Shown here: one piece after another, positions 54,705-64,000 of the stretch
Layout: the number at the start of each line of letters is the position of its first letter
Position numbering within the stretch: the stretch's first letter is position 1
NCBI GenBank assembly: GCA_947473325.1
Contig: CANJEJ010000002.1
Location: forward strand, 29,359 to 93,358
Source of the DNA: Alphaproteobacteria bacterium
GTDB taxonomy: Bacteria > Pseudomonadota > Alphaproteobacteria > SHVP01
Length of the DNA: 64,000 bases
Direction: 5' to 3'
Notes under the pieces: generated by a model
Databases searched by the model: none
Seen by the model: the letters and a program-made list of their open reading frames with translations, nothing else
Told to the model about the DNA's origin: nothing
Made by a program: the position numbers and the translations under genes

Positions 54705-56108
54705 TCAGGCGGGCCGGGCGGCCATGGAGTGCTTGTGATCGTCGCGCCGCACGATGAGATTGCGAATGCGGGCCTGCATCGGCGCGTCGATCGGGAAGCG
54801 CCACATCAGCGCGATGGCGCCCAGCTTCAGCAGTACCGGCAGCGTGCTGTAGAGGATCGCCAGCGTGATCAGCGCCAAGGGTGTCTGCACCACGGCGATA
54901 CCGGTCTCCGCGATGACATGCTCGCTCGCGCCCTGGAAACCGGCGAGGTCGAGGATGGGGAAGGAAATGCCGACGGCAAGCGCAAGCGCCACCTTGGTGA
55001 TGACGCTCCACATCGCGAAATAGACACCGGCGCGCTGCTGGCGCGTACGCAACTCGTCGAAATCGACGACGTCGGCCTGCATGGCGGGCGGCAGCACGAG
55101 GTCGCCGCCCAGGCACAACCCGTTGATCACCGACATCGCAAGCAGCCAGTATGCGTCGCCCTCACCCAGGAACGGCGCCCAGATGAAAACGGCGCTGACG
55201 ATCAGCATCGACAGGCACCACATGCGGTGCTTGCCGAACCTGTACGAAAGCCGCAGCCACAGCGGCACGCTCAGGATCGCGGTGGCGAAATAGACACCCA
55301 GGATGACATAGGTCAGCCCGCCCGCCTTCAGCACATGCTGCGCGAACAGGAAGTAGAGCGTGATCGGCAACCCGTTCGCCGTGCTGTTGAGCAGGAAGGC
55401 GCTCAGCAGGCGCAGGAAGGGCTTGTTCTGCCACACCACGCGGAGCGCGCGCCCCAGCCGGATATGCGGCCGCGGCGTGGCCCGGTCGGGCACCATCAGC
55501 ACCGCGATCAGCACCGCCGTCGGCAGCACGATGGTGGCGAGCCAGGCGATGAAGGCGAGCGAGTCGGCGGTGGTCAGCGGCGTACCGCGGATACCGCCCA
55601 GGATCTGTGCGCCACCCACCGCAACAACCGTGCCGGACACGACGAACAGCTCGCGAAAGGCGGTGATGCGCGTGCGCTCGTGATAGTTGGTCGAAATCTC
55701 GGCGCCCCAGGCGTTGTAGACCAGGTGCAGCATCGTGCCGCCGAAATAGAGCAGGAAGGACCAGACCAGCAGGTGGACTGCGCCGACGCCGGGCGGCGGG
55801 CTGAACAGGAACCACATGCTGACGATGACGATCGGCGTGCCGATCACCATCCACGGACGGCGGCGGCCCCAGCGCAGGTTGGTGTGGTCGCTGACCATGC
55901 CGATGAAAGGATCGGTGATCGCGTCGAGGATGCGGGCGGCGAGCAGGACGCCGCCAACCACGCCGAAGCCGAGCCCGAGATCCTGCGCGTAGTAGGTCGG
56001 CAGGAACAGGAACAGCGGGAACAGCAGGAAGGCGATCGGCATTCCCGGGAAGCCATAGGCAAGCAGAATGGACGTCGGCAGGCGCGCGGCGCGGTTAACA
56101 ACGGACAT
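54705..56108 (-). CDS. MFS transporter, glycoside-pentoside-hexuronide:cation symporter-like
   Basis: 467 aa, 12 predicted TM helices. GPH-family-like N-terminal motif (DxxTDPxxG). Confidence 0.75.
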   Translation of the reverse strand: MSVVNRAARLPTSILLAYGFPGMPIAFLLFPLFLFLPTYYAQDLGLGFGVVGGVLLAARILDAITDPFIGMVSDHTNLRWGRRRPWMVIGTPIVIVSMWFLFSPPPGVGAVHLLVWSFLLYFGGTMLHLVYNAWGAEISTNYHERTRITAFRELFVVSGTVVAVGGAQILGGIRGTPLTTADSLAFIAWLATIVLPTAVLIAVLMVPDRATPRPHIRLGRALRVVWQNKPFLRLLSAFLLNSTANGLPITLYFLFAQHVLKAGGLTYVILGVYFATAILSVPLWLRLSYRFGKHRMWCLSMLIVSAVFIWAPFLGEGDAYWLLAMSVINGLCLGGDLVLPPAMQADVVDFDELRTRQQRAGVYFAMWSVITKVALALAVGISFPILDLAGFQGASEHVIAETGIAVVQTPLALITLAILYSTLPVLLKLGAIALMWRFPIDAPMQARIRNLIVRRDDHKHSMAARPA

Positions 56109-56212
56109 GACCGGGAAGGCTCCCTTGAGGCGCCCGCCGCCGTTCTCAGGGGCGGTGCCAATGCGGTCACGGTAGCCCGGTGCAGGCCCGGTTGAACAGG
56201 GCCTCCCCTGCG

Positions 56213-56692
56213 TCAGAGCGCCTCAAAGACTTCAAGGAAATGGCCGTCGGGGTCGCTCGCGAACATAACCTGCGCGGGAATGAAATTGCCCGCGGCATCG
56301 CCGAGATTGCGCCCTGCCTTCGGCGCCATCAGCATCCGCCCGCCAAGCCGGGGGATCGCCGCCGCGACATGGCCGATATCGTGGGTTTCCAGCACTAGGG
56401 CGGGCTGGTTGAAGCCAAGTCGCGTGGGTGGCCCATGCGGGTCCTCGAGCGGCGGGTCGCGCGGTTCCATGAAGCCGATCATGCCGATCAGCGGATCCCA
56501 GCCCTTGAGAATGACAAAGCGCATCGACCCGCCCCGGCCGGGCTGGCCAAGCGGCAGGTCAGGCAGGATGGCGAGGTCGATGATGCGGTCGATATAGGGC
56601 GTCAGGCCGAAGGTCTCGCCATAGAAGGAAAGCGTGCGCTCCATGTCGCGCACGAACAGCGAGGCGCGGCGCAGGACAGATTGAGTCGGCAT
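56213..56692 (-). CDS. VOC-family (glyoxalase-like) protein
   Basis: ORF 56213..56728 trimmed to Met 13. Tandem VOC modules. Confidence 0.65.
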   Translation of the reverse strand: MPTQSVLRRASLFVRDMERTLSFYGETFGLTPYIDRIIDLAILPDLPLGQPGRGGSMRFVILKGWDPLIGMIGFMEPRDPPLEDPHGPPTRLGFNQPALVLETHDIGHVAAAIPRLGGRMLMAPKAGRNLGDAAGNFIPAQVMFASDPDGHFLEVFEAL

Positions 56693-56749
56693 GGGGATCT
56701 CCGGCGGCTGGGCCGGAAAGTGTGCCACCGCAACCGGCGGCTGGCGATG

Positions 56750-58021
56750 CTACTTTGCGAGTGTGGTACCGGTGGTGTCGGCGCCGGTCAGTGTCGCGTT
56801 GGCGAAATCTGCCCCGGCGATCTGGGCAAAGCGCAGGTTGGCATATTGCAGGTTGGCGCCGCCCATCCGGGCGCCCTCGAGCCTGGCCTCGCTGAGGTCG
56901 GATTGCAGCAGGCGGGCGCCTTCGAAATTGGCGCCCTGTAGGTCGGCGCCGTGCAGCACCGCCCGCTCGATGATGGCGCGGGCAAAGCTGCTCTCGCGCA
57001 TCTGCGCCTGGCTGAAATTGGCTTCGCTCAGCAGCGCATCGTCGAACACGGCCTTGTCGGCGGTGCTGACGCGGCTTTGGCCTGTCTTGCGTCCATCCGG
57101 GCCCATGATGTCGATCGGCGCAAGCCGCGCCGCGCCCAGCCGTGTCTTGCGCAGCGTCGCGCCGTTCAGGTTGGCGCCGGCCAGGTCGGACTGGCGCAGG
57201 TCGGCGCCATCCAGGTTGGCTTCCTTGAGGTCAACCAGCACAAGCATGGCGCGGGCGAGATTCGCGCCGGCCAGGTTGCAGCCGCGCAGGTCGGCGCCGC
57301 TGAGATAGGTGCCCGACAGGTCGATGCCGCGCAGATCGAACTGGCGCAGCGAGGCGCGCGTTCCTTCGGCGCCAAACGTATCGACCCACAAGGCATGTTC
57401 GCGCAGCACCACCTGCAGGTTGGCGGGCAGGCGGCTCGCCGCCAGGCTGACCAGCGCCTCGTGCAGGTCGACCTGGGCCAGGTTGACATCGGCCAGCACC
57501 GCGCCGCGCAGGTTGGTGCCGCGGGTGCGGGCGCGCGCCAGGTTGGCAGCGGTCAGGTTGCTGGCGCTGATATTGGCGTCGCGCAGGTCGGCGCCTTCGA
57601 AATCGGCGCGCGACAGGTCGGCGCCCTGCAGCGTGGCGGGCGATTCCTTGCCGCTTTCCGACCAGGCCCGGCTGACCCGCCGTCCGCCGGGCCGCAGGTC
57701 GGCGCCACGGAAATTGGTGTCGCGCAGCTTGGCGCCGCGCATCGACACGCCGCGCAGGTCGGCGCGCTCGAAGGTGGCCCCGGCCGCGTCGATCCGGTCG
57801 AGATTGGCGCCGAACAGGTCGGCGAAGCTGAAATCGGTGCCCGTCAGGGTGCAGCCGCTGAAATCGGTGCCGCTCAGCACCGCGTTGCTCAGGTTTATGC
57901 CGGGCAGCCGCAGGCCGGACAGGTTCTCGTTGCGCAGTTCGGCGCGCACGCCGTCCGCCTGGCCCAGCGCGAAGCGCTCATGGCCGCGGAGAATTTCCAC
58001 GAAGCGTTGGGCGGTCAGCAT
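56750..58021 (-). CDS. pentapeptide-repeat protein (paralog of 41779..42900)
   Basis: 423 aa. Two pentapeptide-repeat domains. Shares the linker [13 protein letters not shown] with 41779..42900 (LQVILRDHALWAD). Confidence 0.8.
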   Translation of the reverse strand: MLTAQRFVEILRGHERFALGQADGVRAELRNENLSGLRLPGINLSNAVLSGTDFSGCTLTGTDFSFADLFGANLDRIDAAGATFERADLRGVSMRGAKLRDTNFRGADLRPGGRRVSRAWSESGKESPATLQGADLSRADFEGADLRDANISASNLTAANLARARTRGTNLRGAVLADVNLAQVDLHEALVSLAASRLPANLQVVLREHALWVDTFGAEGTRASLRQFDLRGIDLSGTYLSGADLRGCNLAGANLARAMLVLVDLKEANLDGADLRQSDLAGANLNGATLRKTRLGAARLAPIDIMGPDGRKTGQSRVSTADKAVFDDALLSEANFSQAQMRESSFARAIIERAVLHGADLQGANFEGARLLQSDLSEARLEGARMGGANLQYANLRFAQIAGADFANATLTGADTTGTTLAK

Positions 58022-58107
58022 CGACCCTGGGCCCGTCTGAAGCGGCGTTGTGCCATGTAATTATTGGAGGCGCTGTCTCTTGGTGGAACAGGCGCCCCGG
58101 TTCGGCC

Positions 58108-59244
58108 TTATCGAGCAGTGTCCCGGAAACGCCGGGGTGACAATATGTCGGCGGTCACACCCTTTTGTGCCAGATCGGCCGGCATGTCCGCCCCGGATGC
58201 CAGGGCGGCAGTGACCCGGCTGAGCGCGGGCGACGTCATGATGCCATAGCCCCCCTGGCCCGCGAGCCAGAAAAACCCTTCCAGATCAGGATCAAAGCCG
58301 ACAACCGGGGTGCGATCGGGGGCGAAGGTGCGCAGGCCGGCCCAGCGTCTGACAATGCGTTGCACCCGCAGTGTCGTTGCCTGTTCGAAACGATCGATGG
58401 CGAGCGCGAGGTCGAGTTCCTCGGGCTGGGCGTCGGCCGGGTCCTGGGGTGTCTCGTCTGCCGGGGTCAGGAGGATGCGGCCGGATTCCGGCTTGAAATA
58501 GTATTGCTCGTCGATGTCGATGACGTGCGGCCAGCGCGCGATGTCGAAGCCCGCCGGAGGGTCGAAGGTCAGCACCGAGCGTCGCTTGGGCACCAGTCCC
58601 ACCGGTTGCCCGCCAGCCAACACCGCGATCTGGTCGGCCCAGGCGCCGGCGGCGTTGACCACAACCTCGGCCTCGAACGCGCCGGCGGCCGTTGCGGCGT
58701 GCCAGACGCCGCCCTTGCGGGCAAGCGCACTGACGCCGGCATTGGTGACCACGCTGCCACCGCGCTGGCGCAACAGCCGCAGCCAGCCCTGGTGGATCGC
58801 GTTGACGTCCATGTCCATCGCGTCCGGCTCGACGAAGGCGCCGGCGAGGTAGTCGGGCCGCATCATCGGCAGGCGGGCCAGCGCCGCCGCGCGATCGAGC
58901 CACACCAGGTTGCCCACCAGCTTGCGCGCCGCTGCAAACTCCGCGGCGAGCCGCTCCATCTGGTCGGCGCGCGCCACCGTCACCGTCTGGCGATCGGCGA
59001 GCAGGGGCGTTTCGGCGGCGCCGGCGGGTGGCTGGTCGAACCAGGGGCGGCTCGCGATGGTCAGCGCGCGGATGGTGGCGTTGCCATAGGCCTCGGAATA
59101 GACGGCCGCTGATCGCCCCGTGGTGTGATAGCCGGGAAATTCCTCGCGCTCGACGACGCGCGTGCTGCCCAGCTCGGCGAGCATCGCGCCGGCGGACGCA
59201 CCGGCAACGCCGGCGCCGATGACAAGGAAACGGGTGCGTGACAT
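58108..59244 (-). CDS. FAD-dependent oxidoreductase, D-amino-acid-oxidase/glycine-oxidase (DAO) family
   Basis: 378 aa. FLVIGAGVAGASAG dinucleotide-binding motif. Confidence 0.8.
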   Translation of the reverse strand: MSRTRFLVIGAGVAGASAGAMLAELGSTRVVEREEFPGYHTTGRSAAVYSEAYGNATIRALTIASRPWFDQPPAGAAETPLLADRQTVTVARADQMERLAAEFAAARKLVGNLVWLDRAAALARLPMMRPDYLAGAFVEPDAMDMDVNAIHQGWLRLLRQRGGSVVTNAGVSALARKGGVWHAATAAGAFEAEVVVNAAGAWADQIAVLAGGQPVGLVPKRRSVLTFDPPAGFDIARWPHVIDIDEQYYFKPESGRILLTPADETPQDPADAQPEELDLALAIDRFEQATTLRVQRIVRRWAGLRTFAPDRTPVVGFDPDLEGFFWLAGQGGYGIMTSPALSRVTAALASGADMPADLAQKGVTADILSPRRFRDTAR

Positions 59245-59355
59245 GGAAAGCCCCTTCTAAAGGAACGCATCGGCAGGGCCAAGGTCGGCGGCATCCCTTG
59301 CGACAAAAGGGGGATTCTGCCGCTACGATGGCGCCAACCGGACAGGGAGACCCTC

Positions 59356-60777
59356 GTGCCCACACACAAGCAGCCACCGCAGGATCACTACATCGTCGAG
59401 GCCAGCTGGATCCTCGGCTACCAGAAGGGTCAGCTCGTCCTGCTGCCCGACGCGTCCATGCGCGTGCAGGGCGACCGCATCGCCGCGGTACAGCCGGGCA
59501 AGATCGAAGGCGACCTGCCGCGGCTGAAGCTGAAGGGGCATCTCGTCGTGCCGGGCTTCATCAACGGCCACACCCATGTCGCGAGCGGCACGGCGACACG
59601 CGGCATCATCGAGGGCGGCCGGTCCTATTCGCGCCCGCTCAAGATCATGGAAACGCTGAGCGACGAGGAGCTCGACGACCTGACGGCGTTCAACCTCGCC
59701 GAAATCCTCAAGTCCGGCTGCACGACACAGATCGAGATGAGCCTGTCGCTGCGCCAGGCCGAAGCCTATGTGCGTGTGGCGGAGAAATGGGGCGTGCGCG
59801 GCTATCCCGGCGGCATGATCCCGGGCACGGGCCGGCTCGACAAGGTGTGGTTCCGCAAGGATGACAAGGCGCTGTTCGACAGCGTGCCCGACACGCTGGC
59901 GGAGATCGCCGCCAACCTGGAATTCGGCCGCCGCGCCATGAACGCCGGCAATGGCCGCATCCGGCCGATGATCGCGCCGCACGCGACCGACACGCACACC
60001 GAGGAGACGATGAAGGCGCTGGTCGCCGCGTCGCGCGAGCTTGGCACCGGCATCCACATCCACCTGTCGCAGGGCGCGATGGAGACGGCGGCGGTGCGCC
60101 GGCTGTGGGGCGGCCTTTCGCCGACACAGTGGCTGGAGAAGATGGGCGCCTTCGAAGGGCCGCTGTTCGGCGCGCATATGTCGGCGCTCGACTGGTCGAC
60201 CGATCCGCAAATTCTTGTCCGTCATGGTGCCGTCTATGCTCATTGCCCGTCGGCGGGCGGCGCCGGCGGCCACACGCAGCCTTACCCGGAAGCGCTTGGC
60301 GCCGGCATGCAGGTGAATGTCGCCATCGACACCCACTCCAACGACTATCTCGAGAACATGAAGCTCGCCGTCATCGGCGGCCGCGCGCGGGCCAGGCTGA
60401 TGGCGGACCGCGGCCTGCCGGTGAAGATCCCGACCATGTGGACGGCGATGGGAGGCGCGACGCTGGTGCCGGCCAAGGCGCTCGGCCGCGACGACATCGG
60501 CCGCATCGCGCCGGGTGCGAAGGCGGATTTCGCCAGCATCGACGTGTCGGGCTTCCTGGTCGGGGCCGGCGCGCCGCCGCCCGAGCCGCTCAACAACCTG
60601 CTCTACGCAACCGGTGCGGCGGTGCGCCATGTCGCCACCGACGGGCGCTTCCAGGTGTTCGACGGCACGCTCATGGTGGACGATGAAAAGGCCGTCTACC
60701 GCCGCGGCGGCGTCGTGGTGAAGAAGATCTGGAAGCAGCTGCAGAAGGAAGGCTGGTTCACGCCCACGCCGCACTGA
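59356..60777 (+). CDS. metal-dependent amidohydrolase (chlorohydrolase/aminohydrolase superfamily; deaminase-like)
   Basis: 473 aa. GHTHVASG HxH metal-binding motif. GTG start after a GGGAGA SD. Confidence 0.8.
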   Translation: MPTHKQPPQDHYIVEASWILGYQKGQLVLLPDASMRVQGDRIAAVQPGKIEGDLPRLKLKGHLVVPGFINGHTHVASGTATRGIIEGGRSYSRPLKIMETLSDEELDDLTAFNLAEILKSGCTTQIEMSLSLRQAEAYVRVAEKWGVRGYPGGMIPGTGRLDKVWFRKDDKALFDSVPDTLAEIAANLEFGRRAMNAGNGRIRPMIAPHATDTHTEETMKALVAASRELGTGIHIHLSQGAMETAAVRRLWGGLSPTQWLEKMGAFEGPLFGAHMSALDWSTDPQILVRHGAVYAHCPSAGGAGGHTQPYPEALGAGMQVNVAIDTHSNDYLENMKLAVIGGRARARLMADRGLPVKIPTMWTAMGGATLVPAKALGRDDIGRIAPGAKADFASIDVSGFLVGAGAPPPEPLNNLLYATGAAVRHVATDGRFQVFDGTLMVDDEKAVYRRGGVVVKKIWKQLQKEGWFTPTPH

Positions 60778-60814
60778 GCCATGTGGTCTTGCGCAACGCA
60801 TTGGCTCGAGCCAC

Positions 60815-61888
60815 ATGGCCAGCATGACCCGGCCCGTTCCCGTCAACATCGTCACCGGCTTCCTTGGCGCCGGCAAGACGACCGCGATCCGCTTCCTGCT
60901 CGCCCACCGGCCGGCGGACGAACGCTGGGCGCTGATCGTCAATGAATTCGGCGCCATCGGCATCGACGGCGTGGATATCGCGGGCGAGGGACCCGTGCGC
61001 ACGATCGCCGGCGGCTGCCTATGCTGCGTCGCCAGCCCGGGCATGGCGCTGGCGTTGCGCGACATCCTGCGCCAGAAGCCCGACCGCATCCTGATCGAGC
61101 CTTCGGGCCTTGGCCACCCCGCCGGCCTGTTCGACCTGCTGCGCGAGGCGGAGAAGGCCGGAACCATCGACCTGCGCGCCACCCTGTGCCTGGTCGATGC
61201 GCGCAAGCTTGCCGATTCGCGCTATGCCGAGAACGAAACCTTCCACGACCAGGCGCAGATGGCCGACGTGCTGCTGGCAAGCAAGGGCGATCTCGCGACC
61301 GGCGATGATCTCGCGCGGTTTCAGTCCCTTGCCGCGTCCTTCTTTCCGGCGAAGCGCCATGCCGGCTTCATCGTCGACGGCGCGATCGACCCGGCGCTGC
61401 TCGACCTCGATGCCGGCGACGACCGCGCGCCGCTGTTTCCCGATCTTCATCGCGAGGCGCGCGCGGCGCCGGGTAGCGGCGTCCTTCCGTTGCCGCCACG
61501 GCCGGCTGCGCCGCTGTTCCAGACCTCCGTCGCGCTCGGCCACCGCTATGGCGGCTGGCTGTTCCATGCCGACGACCAGTTCGACCGCGGCCAGGTGCTC
61601 GCGCTGCTGCGCCGCCTCGATCTCGCGGCGCTGCTCAAGGTCTCCGGTCCGCTGCGCGTCAAGGCCGTGCTGCGCACCGGGCGCACCGCGCTGCTGATCG
61701 ACCGCGTCGGCGACGAGACGACGCAACGCGCGGTGGCTTACCGGCGTGATAGCCGCCTTGAATGCATTGTTCCCGACGATGGCGGCGAACCCGACTGGCC
61801 CGCCCTGCAGGCCGCGCTATTGGCCAGCCTGCAATTGCCGGGCGAAAAGATCAGCGCTCCGTCAGGGCCCGTTCCCGCGCGCGGATGA
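60815..61888 (+). CDS. CobW/COG0523-family G3E GTPase (putative metallochaperone)
   Basis: 357 aa. GFLGAGKTT P-loop, GCLCC metal-binding motif, ExSG Walker B region. Confidence 0.85.
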   Translation: MASMTRPVPVNIVTGFLGAGKTTAIRFLLAHRPADERWALIVNEFGAIGIDGVDIAGEGPVRTIAGGCLCCVASPGMALALRDILRQKPDRILIEPSGLGHPAGLFDLLREAEKAGTIDLRATLCLVDARKLADSRYAENETFHDQAQMADVLLASKGDLATGDDLARFQSLAASFFPAKRHAGFIVDGAIDPALLDLDAGDDRAPLFPDLHREARAAPGSGVLPLPPRPAAPLFQTSVALGHRYGGWLFHADDQFDRGQVLALLRRLDLAALLKVSGPLRVKAVLRTGRTALLIDRVGDETTQRAVAYRRDSRLECIVPDDGGEPDWPALQAALLASLQLPGEKISAPSGPVPARG

Positions 61889-63173
61889 CCGGCTTGAGGA
61901 AATAGTCGAGCACGGTGCGTTTGCCGGTCAGGATGTCGACCTCGGCCATCATGCCGGGAATGATCGGCAGCGGCTTCTCCGGGCTGCCGAGCGAGCTGCG
62001 CGCGGTGCGCACGCGAATCTGGAAGAAGCTCTGGCCCTGCTGCTGGGGATCGGCGATGGCGTCGGCGCTGATATGCTCGAGCTTGCCGTCGAGCATGCCG
62101 TAGAGCGCGAAGTCATAGGCCGTGACCTTCACCTTGGCGTCCTGGCCGGGCCGCAGGAAGGCGATGTCCTGCGGCCGGATGCTCGCCTCGACCAGCAGGG
62201 ATTCCTCCAGCGGCACAATCTCGACGAGGTCCATGCCGGGCTGGATGACGCCGCCCACGGTGTTGACCTTGATCTGCTTCACCGTACCGCGCACCGGCGC
62301 GCGCACTTCCGTGCGGCGCACGCGGTCGGCGACCGCGCCGATCGATTCGTTCAGTGCGTTGAGGCGCATGCGCGCATCCGTCAGCTCGTTCTGCGCGGCG
62401 CTCTGGAAGGTCGCCTGCCGCTCCTCGATCCGCCGCCGCGTTTCCGCCAGCGTCGATTGCACGCGTGGCATGGCAAGGCGTGCGGCCTCCTGGTCGCGCT
62501 CCAGGTCGGTCACCTGGCGCTGCACGCGCAGCAGCTCGACGCGGGACGACACGCCGCGCTCGACCATCGGGCGCAGGATGCCAAGCTCCTCGCGCGCCAG
62601 TGTCAGGCTTTCCTGCAGCTTGGCGGTGCGGTTGGTGAGTTCGAGAATCTCCTGCTGCCGCTGCTCCATCTGGCGGCGCAGGACGTCGATGGTCGATTGC
62701 AGCTCGGTGCGCCGCGCCCGGTACAGGTCGATCTCGGGCGCGACAGCGGGATGCGTGACCGGCAGGTCGGCGGGATAGACCGGGTCCTTGCCGTCCGCCT
62801 CGCCCTGCAGGCGGGCGATGCGGGCGATCAGCGAATCGCGACGGACGACATTCTCGCGGAAGGTGGAGGCGAAATTGGTGTCGTCGATGCGCACCAGCAC
62901 ATCGCCCGGTTCCACGATCTGGCCGACGCGCACCAGGATCTCACCGACGATGCCGCCCTCCAGGTTCTGCACGATCTGCACCTGGCCGGACGGGATGATG
63001 CGGCCCTGGCCGCGCGTCACTTCGTCCACCTGCGAGAAGGCCGCCCAGATCAGGGCCGTCGCCACCAGCAGGGCCAGCGCCACCAGCATCAGGTTGGCGG
63101 CCAGGCGCGGCCTCTGGGTTGTCAGGGCCCGCAGGTCCGATGAGAAGAGGGAATCGTCGCTGCGCGCCGTCAT
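61851..63173 (-). CDS. HlyD-family type I secretion periplasmic adaptor (membrane fusion protein)
   Basis: 440 aa. N-terminal TM helix, long coiled coil, C-terminal lipoyl/beta-barrel region. ATGA overlap with the upstream ABC gene. Confidence 0.85.
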   Translation of the reverse strand: MTARSDDSLFSSDLRALTTQRPRLAANLMLVALALLVATALIWAAFSQVDEVTRGQGRIIPSGQVQIVQNLEGGIVGEILVRVGQIVEPGDVLVRIDDTNFASTFRENVVRRDSLIARIARLQGEADGKDPVYPADLPVTHPAVAPEIDLYRARRTELQSTIDVLRRQMEQRQQEILELTNRTAKLQESLTLAREELGILRPMVERGVSSRVELLRVQRQVTDLERDQEAARLAMPRVQSTLAETRRRIEERQATFQSAAQNELTDARMRLNALNESIGAVADRVRRTEVRAPVRGTVKQIKVNTVGGVIQPGMDLVEIVPLEESLLVEASIRPQDIAFLRPGQDAKVKVTAYDFALYGMLDGKLEHISADAIADPQQQGQSFFQIRVRTARSSLGSPEKPLPIIPGMMAEVDILTGKRTVLDYFLKPVIRARERALTER

Positions 63174-64000
63174 GCGCCGGCCCCCATCGCGGCGACGCCG
63201 CCGGCGGCGATGGCTTCCAGCACCTTCTGCTTCGGCCCGTCGGCGGCCACCGCGCCATGGTCGAGCACGATCAGGCGATCGACGAGCGACAGCAGCGACG
63301 CCCGATGCGTCACCAGCACCAGCGTGCGGCCCGGCAGCATGGCTGTCAGGTTCGCCTTGATCTGGGATTCCGAGGCGTTGTCCATGCTGCTCGACGGCTC
63401 GTCCATCAGCAGGATGCCGGGCGTGCCCAGCAGCGCGCGCGCCACCGCAATCGCCTGGCGCTGACCGCCCGACAGGGTCTCGCCGCGCTCGCCCACCGGC
63501 ATGTCATAGCCCATGGGATGACGGCTCGCGAACTCATCGACGCCGGCGAGCCTCGCCGCCGTCAGCACCGCGTCATCGCCGGCGAAGCGGTTGCCGGCGG
63601 TAATGTTGTCGCGCAGCGTGCCGCGGAACAGGAAGCTTTCCTGCGGCACCGCGCCGATGTTGCGGCGCAGGTCGATGGGATCGATCTGGCGGATGTCGGT
63701 GCCGTCCACCAGCACCGCGCCCTCCTGCGCCTGATAGAGGCCAAGGATCAGCTTCTGCACGGTCGACTTGCCGGAGCCGACGCGGCCGATCAGGCCGACG
63801 CGCTCGCCGGGCTGAATGGTGAACGATGCGCCCTTAAGCGCCGGGCCGCTCTGGCCGGGATAGGCGAAGGTGACGTCGCGAAACTCGATCTTGCCGTCGA
63901 GCAGCGGGCGATGGAGGAACTGGCGCGACGCGGGGCGTTCCACCGGCAGTTGCATGATGCGGTCGAGTGAACGGAACGCGGTGCGTGCCTGGTTGAGCCG
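63170..64000 (-). CDS. type I secretion ABC transporter ATPase/permease (C-terminal NBD in window; gene continues beyond window end)
   Basis: Walker A GRVGSGKST, signature LSGGQRQ, Walker B LLMDE. The transmembrane N-terminus must lie beyond 64000. Confidence 0.8.
   Translation of the reverse strand, partial: RLNQARTAFRSLDRIMQLPVERPASRQFLHRPLLDGKIEFRDVTFAYPGQSGPALKGASFTIQPGERVGLIGRVGSGKSTVQKLILGLYQAQEGAVLVDGTDIRQIDPIDLRRNIGAVPQESFLFRGTLRDNITAGNRFAGDDAVLTAARLAGVDEFASRHPMGYDMPVGERGETLSGGQRQAIAVARALLGTPGILLMDEPSSSMDNASESQIKANLTAMLPGRTLVLVTHRASLLSLVDRLIVLDHGAVAADGPKQKVLEAIAAGGVAAMGAGA

Noticed and set aside
1-64000. Genomic island or mobile element boundaries (integrase, transposase, tRNA, direct repeats)
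   Set aside because: No integrase, transposase or recombinase ORF and no tRNA-like sequence were found in the short intergenic regions, despite high paralog density. The region looks like chromosomal accessory content, not a discrete mobile element.

Overview
High-GC (~68%) alphaproteobacterial-type chromosomal window, almost fully coding, with about 64 protein genes and no rRNA, tRNA, CRISPR or mobile-element genes. It reads as a paralog-rich accessory and catabolic region. (1) 1-6.9 kb: a CaiB-type CoA-transferase, two tandem GSTs, an isochorismatase-like hydrolase and a PEP-mutase/isocitrate-lyase-family enzyme lie divergent from a hydratase-SDR-MBL hydrolase operon. (2) 7.9-16 kb: a TetR regulator with a perfect 16-bp palindromic operator sits ahead of a two-component flavin monooxygenase set (two ACAD-fold oxygenases plus a flavin reductase), an orphan periplasmic binding protein and a cytoplasmic BisC-like molybdopterin S-/N-oxide reductase. 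(3) 16.9-21.3 kb: an esterase-FAD oxidase-quinone reductase-LysE exporter operon. (4) 22-40 kb: three paralogous SAM methyltransferases of about 375 aa, two paralogous bicupins, two aldo-keto reductases, and a peptidase S9-MmgE/PrpD operon. (5) Four domains in three genes of an alpha/beta-hydrolase-fold family whose canonical nucleophile position is substituted. (6) 40.5-48.8 kb: an orphan AHL-type LuxR regulator with a lux-box-like palindrome, followed by a small peptide ORF, a pentapeptide-repeat protein, a hotdog thioesterase, a lipoprotein Ntn-hydrolase acylase translationally coupled to a GH3-family amido-synthetase, and a pyruvoyl S-adenosylmethionine decarboxylase. (7) 48.9-56.1 kb: the conserved FAD-oxidoreductase / DUF1365 / cyclopropane-fatty-acid-synthase-like fatty-acid-modification cluster. 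(8) 58-64 kb: a D-amino-acid-oxidase-like flavoprotein, an amidohydrolase, a COG0523 metallochaperone GTPase and a type I secretion ABC/HlyD pair. Two GC-rich tandem hairpin-repeat arrays (3x26 bp and 4x33 bp) each start exactly on a gene's stop codon. Calls rest on reading the translated ORFs and the DNA directly, with no database search. Coordinates of DNA motifs are approximate (plus or minus 2 nt).
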